Source: Rickettsiales bacterium
GTDB taxonomy: Bacteria > Pseudomonadota > Alphaproteobacteria > Micavibrionales > GCA-2720935
Length of the DNA: 42,898 nucleotides
Direction: 5' to 3'
Assembly: GCA_002720935.1 (NCBI GenBank)
Contig: PBIV01000016.1
Coordinates: 13,588 to 56,485 of the forward strand
The translations under genes were made by a program, and so were the position numbers. Positions 38,420-42,898 of this stretch are shown here, piece by piece; the stretch's first letter is position 1, and each line of letters starts with the position of its first letter. The notes under the pieces are model-generated. The model was not told the DNA's origin. It made no database searches and saw only the letters and a list, made by a program, of their open reading frames with translations.

Positions 38420-39130
38420 TTATTCCGATAATTTTTCAATAACGCGTTCAAATTCTTCTACAGAGCGGACACCTGTGAATTTTTCGATTCGCCCCGCAGA
38501 ATTGAAGAATACAAAGCTCGGTGTAGAGCTAATTTCATATTGATCTTTTGCTTCTTGCATAACGCTAAGGATAGCTGTATCAAGGTTTTCATTATCTAAA
38601 CATTCGCCAAAGGCTTGTTCTGATAGGCCAGCAAGGCGCGCCATTTGTGAGAAATCTTTTAAGCGATCTTGTGAAGCCATCCAGTTTTCTTGAGTTTCAA
38701 ATAACATTGCAACCATACCTTTATGGCGAGATTCATCAACACAATGTGTTAATTTTGAAGCCATTAGGGCAGGGCCATTTAATGGAAAGTCTTTAAAAAT
38801 AAATTTTAACTTACCTGTATCAACAAGCTTTTCTTTAACCTGTGGATACACATCACGGAAGAATGTCCCACAATGACCACAAGAATAAGAGGCATATTCA
38901 ACAACGGTAATAGGGGCGTCATCTTCGCCGATTACATATTCATGTAAAACATCTGGTGTTTGTGCCGGTGCGCTTGCAGCCTCTAATGATACTGTTAAAT
39001 CATCATTTGATACGGATGATGTTTGTGTGCTATCAGCCCCGCTAAAGCTTGATGGGTTTGCTATATAGAAAACGATAGCTGCGGCAATGATAGCCATTAC
39101 AAATATAAGTGCGATTTTTTTACCAGACAT
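38420..39130 (-). CDS. DsbA-family thiol:disulfide oxidoreductase
   Basis: N-terminal anchor, GEDDAPITVVEYASYSCGHC, cis-Pro loop STPSF; dciA-dsbA-smc order. Confidence 0.92.
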   Translation of the reverse strand: MSGKKIALIFVMAIIAAAIVFYIANPSSFSGADSTQTSSVSNDDLTVSLEAASAPAQTPDVLHEYVIGEDDAPITVVEYASYSCGHCGTFFRDVYPQVKEKLVDTGKLKFIFKDFPLNGPALMASKLTHCVDESRHKGMVAMLFETQENWMASQDRLKDFSQMARLAGLSEQAFGECLDNENLDTAILSVMQEAKDQYEISSTPSFVFFNSAGRIEKFTGVRSVEEFERVIEKLSE

Positions 39131-39153
39131 ATTAACTTCCCTTTTATAAGTCT

Positions 39154-39651
39154 TTAAGATTCGTTTCGTTCTTTGTTTTTTAAATATAAGCTTTGTCCCA
39201 AATTTTTCAAAGCTTCCTTTAAATTTTCATCAGAAATATCTTTTAAATTCTCGTCTAAATCTTTTCGCTCGCTTCGGGATAACCCTTTTGTACGAGTTCC
39301 AAGCTTATTCGTAACTTTTTTAGGATTGGTTACAGTGTCATGTTGAATTTTTATACTTCCAACAGCACGATAGCCAAAAAAGAGATTTATTTTTTCGATC
39401 CAGAGGTTTTGCTCATGTTGAAGAACAGTGGCGTTAGCGCTATTGACCAAGATAACCAAAGTTGCTTCGGTTTTTGTCTCATTCACGCGCTTACTTTTTG
39501 CAAAAGAGATATTGATGGGCGTTGCAAGCTTTGCTTTTTCAGCACCAATGATAGAAGACCAGTTTTGTATCAGCTGTCCAAAAAGAAGACCTTTTTTTCC
39601 AAGGCTTTCTTTTGTGATGTCTGACATGAAACGGGATATTGATTTCATCAA
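39154..39651 (-). CDS. dciA: DciA/DUF721 family protein
   Basis: LIQNWSSIIG, LQHEQNLWIEKINLFFGYRAVGSIKIQ, LKEALKNLG; divergent from mutY. Confidence 0.8.
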   Translation of the reverse strand: MMKSISRFMSDITKESLGKKGLLFGQLIQNWSSIIGAEKAKLATPINISFAKSKRVNETKTEATLVILVNSANATVLQHEQNLWIEKINLFFGYRAVGSIKIQHDTVTNPKKVTNKLGTRTKGLSRSERKDLDENLKDISDENLKEALKNLGQSLYLKNKERNES

Positions 39652-39690
39652 TAATTTATTCTTACTTTTTAGCTGATTAATTTTTGAGTG

Positions 39691-39719
39691 CTTGAATTAA
39701 ATCACATCATGACCCATAT
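39691..39719 (+). promoter_or_regulatory. RpoH (sigma32)-like promoter for mutY
   Basis: CTTGAA (39691-39696), 16-nt spacer, CCCATAT (39713-39719); in-frame ATG at 39727. Confidence 0.55.
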
Positions 39720-39726
39720 TGCACAT

Positions 39727-40854
39727 ATGAATAAGGATTTATCCCCAAGAAATTTTGAAATTGTGAATGAAATTGACGGTTTTGAAGTGAAGGCTTTTCA
39801 AAAAGACTTGCTTGATTGGTATGATCGCCATCAAAGAGAGCTACCTTGGCGCGTCAGAAACTTTGCTGACACAAACCCATATTATGTTTGGCTCTCTGAA
39901 GTTATGTTGCAACAAACAACGATTGCAACGGTTAAAGATTATTTCTTAAAATTCATTGATAAATGGCCAACGTTAAAAGATTTTGCCAGTGCTAGCGAGG
40001 ATGAAGTTTTAGCCGCTTGGTCGGGGCTTGGCTATTATTCAAGAGCTAGGAACCTATATAAAGCGGCTCAAACATTAAAAAATGATTTTAACCATCAATT
40101 GCCCGATCAGCAAAGTGAGCTTTTAAAACTCTCAGGGATTGGGGATTACACAAGTGCAGCCATTACAGCAATTGCTTTTAACAAACAAGCAACAGTGTTG
40201 GATGGGAATATTGAACGTGTTGTATCCCGTATTTTTAAAATCGAAGAAAAATTGCCAAAAGCAAAACCTGTATATAAAGAGTATACGCATTATTTAGCTC
40301 AAGACCCCATGGACAGGCATTCAGATTATGCCCAAGCAATGATGGATTTAGGGGCAACGATTTGCACACCTAAAAATCCAAAATGCATGTTGTGTCCTGT
40401 TCGCTCTCATTGTGAAGCGGGGCAAAAGGGAATTGCAGAAGCCTATCCTAAAAAAGAAGCGAAGAAGAAAAAGCCAAAAAAATATACAAATGCTTATGTT
40501 CTATTTGATGATAAAGGGCGTATCTTTATGCGTAAAAGGGATGAGAAGGGCATGCTAGCCAATCTGTATGAGGTTCCAACATCGCAGTGGTTGCAGTCCA
40601 AAAAAGAGGCTAAATCAGATAAATTAATTGATCATAATGATTTAGAAGAGATTTCAGGCGAAGTAAAACACAGTTTTACCCATTTTGACTTTTTTATTAA
40701 AGTTTATGTAGGGAATTTTAACGATTTAGAGCTATCCTTAAAAGAGTTGGAACAAAATTCAAATGATTCTAGATGGATTGCCCAAGATGATTTTGAACAA
40801 TTTGGTATACCAACTTTGGTTAAAAAAATTATTTATCATGCGGTAAAAGGATAA
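39727..40854 (+). CDS. mutY: A/G-specific adenine glycosylase
   Basis: RELPWR, WLSEVMLQQT, WSGLGYYSRARNL, HhH-GPD-like region, Fe-S motif CTPKNPKCMLCPVRSHC, HSFTHF. Start uncertain (39688, 39709 or 39727). Confidence 0.97.
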   Translation: MNKDLSPRNFEIVNEIDGFEVKAFQKDLLDWYDRHQRELPWRVRNFADTNPYYVWLSEVMLQQTTIATVKDYFLKFIDKWPTLKDFASASEDEVLAAWSGLGYYSRARNLYKAAQTLKNDFNHQLPDQQSELLKLSGIGDYTSAAITAIAFNKQATVLDGNIERVVSRIFKIEEKLPKAKPVYKEYTHYLAQDPMDRHSDYAQAMMDLGATICTPKNPKCMLCPVRSHCEAGQKGIAEAYPKKEAKKKKPKKYTNAYVLFDDKGRIFMRKRDEKGMLANLYEVPTSQWLQSKKEAKSDKLIDHNDLEEISGEVKHSFTHFDFFIKVYVGNFNDLELSLKELEQNSNDSRWIAQDDFEQFGIPTLVKKIIYHAVKG

Positions 40855-41762
40855 TGAACAATAAACGTTTATCATCATATTTAATTCTTGCGGTAGCTTT
40901 CGTGCTTTTAAGTATGGGAAGTGCCTCGGCAAATCCATTCGCGGCTAGTGCTTCTAATAGCTCTAAGGGTAATGCCAACCCATTAACCGATGAAGACAGA
41001 CCAGCACAAGGATCAAACGCTGTTCAATCTAACAATTATTCGCCCTCTACAAATCTTGGGGATACAACAGATAGTGTTAAACAGAGCGATTTTGATTTAG
41101 AGATGGATGGGCAAACATACAGGCAAGTTAACTTACAAAATCTTTTCGACTTAGCCCTAATGGTTGGATCGAGGAGTTTAGATGATGAATATACATTAGC
41201 AGATTATGCCCGTGTTCATTATTGTGAAATTTATCAGGATTTTTATGAGAATGAATATCAATGGCTAAATGTAAGTAAAGGCATCAAGAATGATTTTTCA
41301 AAAAAAGTTGATGATATTCCACGTCATTACTTCTTTAGAGCCGATATTGAAATTGATCGCTATGATCCAGATATCAGGGCGTTCCCGTTCTCTAGAACAT
41401 CTAAATTAGAAAATGTTGGACGTGTTCAATTTTATACCTTTAGCGAAACGCAAGAGGTTTGTGGTTTATATGGCTTTGATGAAATGCCATCTGTTTTCTT
41501 TTTAAACCCGACAAACAGGATTAATTTAAGCTCATTAAAAATTGATAGTGATGAAGAATTAAAGCAAATCTCTCTGTTACCAAAAAACTACAAAGGCAAT
41601 AGAACCATTTATGCGGTGTTCTTCTTTACGATTAATGGATATGATCTGGTTAATGAGAATGCAGGTAATTTAGAAACAGTCGATTTATTGGGAAGTATTG
41701 ATCGAATTGTTTATTATGAAGACCCGTATTTAGAAGTGCCGATTAAGGTTGCTGATTTTTAA
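40854..41762 (+). CDS. Exported hypothetical protein, possibly DUF4852 family
   Basis: Sec signal (...ASA), S/N-rich linker, DYARVHYCEIYQDFYENEYQW and IDRYD motifs; stop/start overlap with mutY (TAATG). The DUF call is from memory. Confidence 0.6.
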   Translation: MNNKRLSSYLILAVAFVLLSMGSASANPFAASASNSSKGNANPLTDEDRPAQGSNAVQSNNYSPSTNLGDTTDSVKQSDFDLEMDGQTYRQVNLQNLFDLALMVGSRSLDDEYTLADYARVHYCEIYQDFYENEYQWLNVSKGIKNDFSKKVDDIPRHYFFRADIEIDRYDPDIRAFPFSRTSKLENVGRVQFYTFSETQEVCGLYGFDEMPSVFFLNPTNRINLSSLKIDSDEELKQISLLPKNYKGNRTIYAVFFFTINGYDLVNENAGNLETVDLLGSIDRIVYYEDPYLEVPIKVADF

Positions 41763-42196
41763 GCAACAGCCTTGATATCAATATCATCGTTTAATGATAC
41801 GGTATGATAATCCGCTTTTGTTCTCTCTATTTCGCACCCAACTGTAACACTGCCCGATAGAATGTCTGGCTTTGTTGTTTTAATTTTGACGGTTAGGGTA
41901 GGTGTTTGTGTGCAAATCCGCTTTGCTAAGCGTTCAGAAAACTCTTCAACCATATCAATGTGGCCGCATTCTTCTAAAATAGCTTCGATCATTTGAATAT
42001 ATTCAACGTAATTTTGGCTTTGCTCGATATATATTTTATTCTCATTGCTCCAAAGAGAAGAAGTGTCAATCTCAATCACGGCTTCAATAGAAATGATAAG
42101 GCGTTGTTTAACACCTTTTTCAAACTCTAAAAGCCCGATATCAGCTTGAGTTTCGTAGTTTTCTACAAAGAGTTTAAAACGTTTATTTGTGCTCAT
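41759..42196 (-). CDS. folB: Dihydroneopterin aldolase
   Basis: IGLLEFEKGVKQRLIISI, NY, GHIDMVEEFSERLA, TKPDI...VGCEIER. Confidence 0.85.
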   Translation of the reverse strand: MSTNKRFKLFVENYETQADIGLLEFEKGVKQRLIISIEAVIEIDTSSLWSNENKIYIEQSQNYVEYIQMIEAILEECGHIDMVEEFSERLAKRICTQTPTLTVKIKTTKPDILSGSVTVGCEIERTKADYHTVSLNDDIDIKAVA

Positions 42197-42898
42197 TTAA
42201 GAGACAATAGCCGATCTTATTTCAGAGCGCAACTCATCAATTGGAATTAATTCTCCGTCTTTCTCATAGTGCCAGAAAGTCCAGCCATTGCAAGACGGTG
42301 CGCCTTGTAATTGTGCGCCAACTTTATGGATTGAACCACGATGTTTCATGCCAGGAACGGTTGAAACCAAATGACCATCTGCTCTAACTTTTGCGGTAAA
42401 GCGTTTTTTCTTATCATATAGAACATCGCCAGTCTCTAGCATGCCATTTTCAAGTAGATTTCCGAATGGAACTCTTGGCTGCTCGCGCTTTTGAATGGCC
42501 TTGATAAGCTCTTTATCATCGAATTTCTGAATGTCTTTGATGCGCTCTCTAGCAGCTTCAACATATTCTTTTTCTTGTTCTAGGCCGATGAAGTTACGCC
42601 CTAATTTTTTCGCAACAGCACCCGTTGTACCTGTACCAAAGAATGGGTCTAAAACAACATCATCAATCTTTGTTGAGGCTAAGATAACTCTGTGAAGGAG
42701 TGATTCAGGTTTTTGTGTTGGGTGTAATTTCTTACCATCATCGCCCTTTAAACGCTCTGATCCTGTGCAAAGGGGGAGGTACCAATCACTTCTCATCTGG
42801 AGGTCATCATTTAAACTTTTCATTGAATCATAGTTGAACTGATATTTTGATTTTTGTGATTTTGATGCCCAGATCATAGTTTCATGGGCATTTGTAAA
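42197..42898 (-). CDS. ccrM: Cell-cycle-regulated GANTC DNA adenine methyltransferase, 5'-truncated by window edge
   Basis: Frame open to the edge (FTNAHETMIWASK); QMRSDW, HPTQKPESLL, LDPFFGTGTT; C-terminal domain GSIHKVGA...CNGWTFWH. Confidence 0.95.
   Translation of the reverse strand, partial: FTNAHETMIWASKSQKSKYQFNYDSMKSLNDDLQMRSDWYLPLCTGSERLKGDDGKKLHPTQKPESLLHRVILASTKIDDVVLDPFFGTGTTGAVAKKLGRNFIGLEQEKEYVEAARERIKDIQKFDDKELIKAIQKREQPRVPFGNLLENGMLETGDVLYDKKKRFTAKVRADGHLVSTVPGMKHRGSIHKVGAQLQGAPSCNGWTFWHYEKDGELIPIDELRSEIRSAIVS

Noticed and set aside
42197-42898. Methyltransferase as part of a restriction-modification system
   Set aside because: Sequence and C-terminal domain match solitary CcrM; the downstream neighbour is folB, not a nuclease.
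1-42898. CRISPR arrays, tRNA/rRNA genes, IS elements, prophage
   Set aside because: Intergenic gaps are short and AT-rich, and I saw no repeat-spacer periodicity, tRNA motifs, transposases or phage genes by eye.

Overview
AT-rich chromosomal window from an alphaproteobacterium. The evidence is CcrM, a split F0 ATP synthase operon with b and b', the rsfS-rlmH-envC-ctpA-yibQ-rppH operon, the mutY-dciA-dsbA-smc block and the fbaB-thiE-like-efp-suhB block. It is mostly core housekeeping DNA: hldE, psd/pssA, comM, hslVU, a CapD-like dehydratase, cysQ, rpmE, recX, hslO, trkH and folB. I see no rRNA, tRNA, CRISPR array, transposase, integrase or prophage, and no unambiguous new multi-gene system. 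The best leads are: (1) an orphan gene split by a single in-frame TAG (5568-6512); (2) a psd-pssA operon with an inserted Pro1 tautomerase and an extra CDP-alcohol phosphotransferase; (3) a putative leaderless 11-codon ORF plus terminator-like hairpin directly upstream of rsfS; (4) several promoters whose predicted start sites fall at or next to the start codon; (5) single orphan genes inserted into conserved gene blocks, several with effector-like charged C-termini. All family calls come from motif recognition by eye, not database searches.
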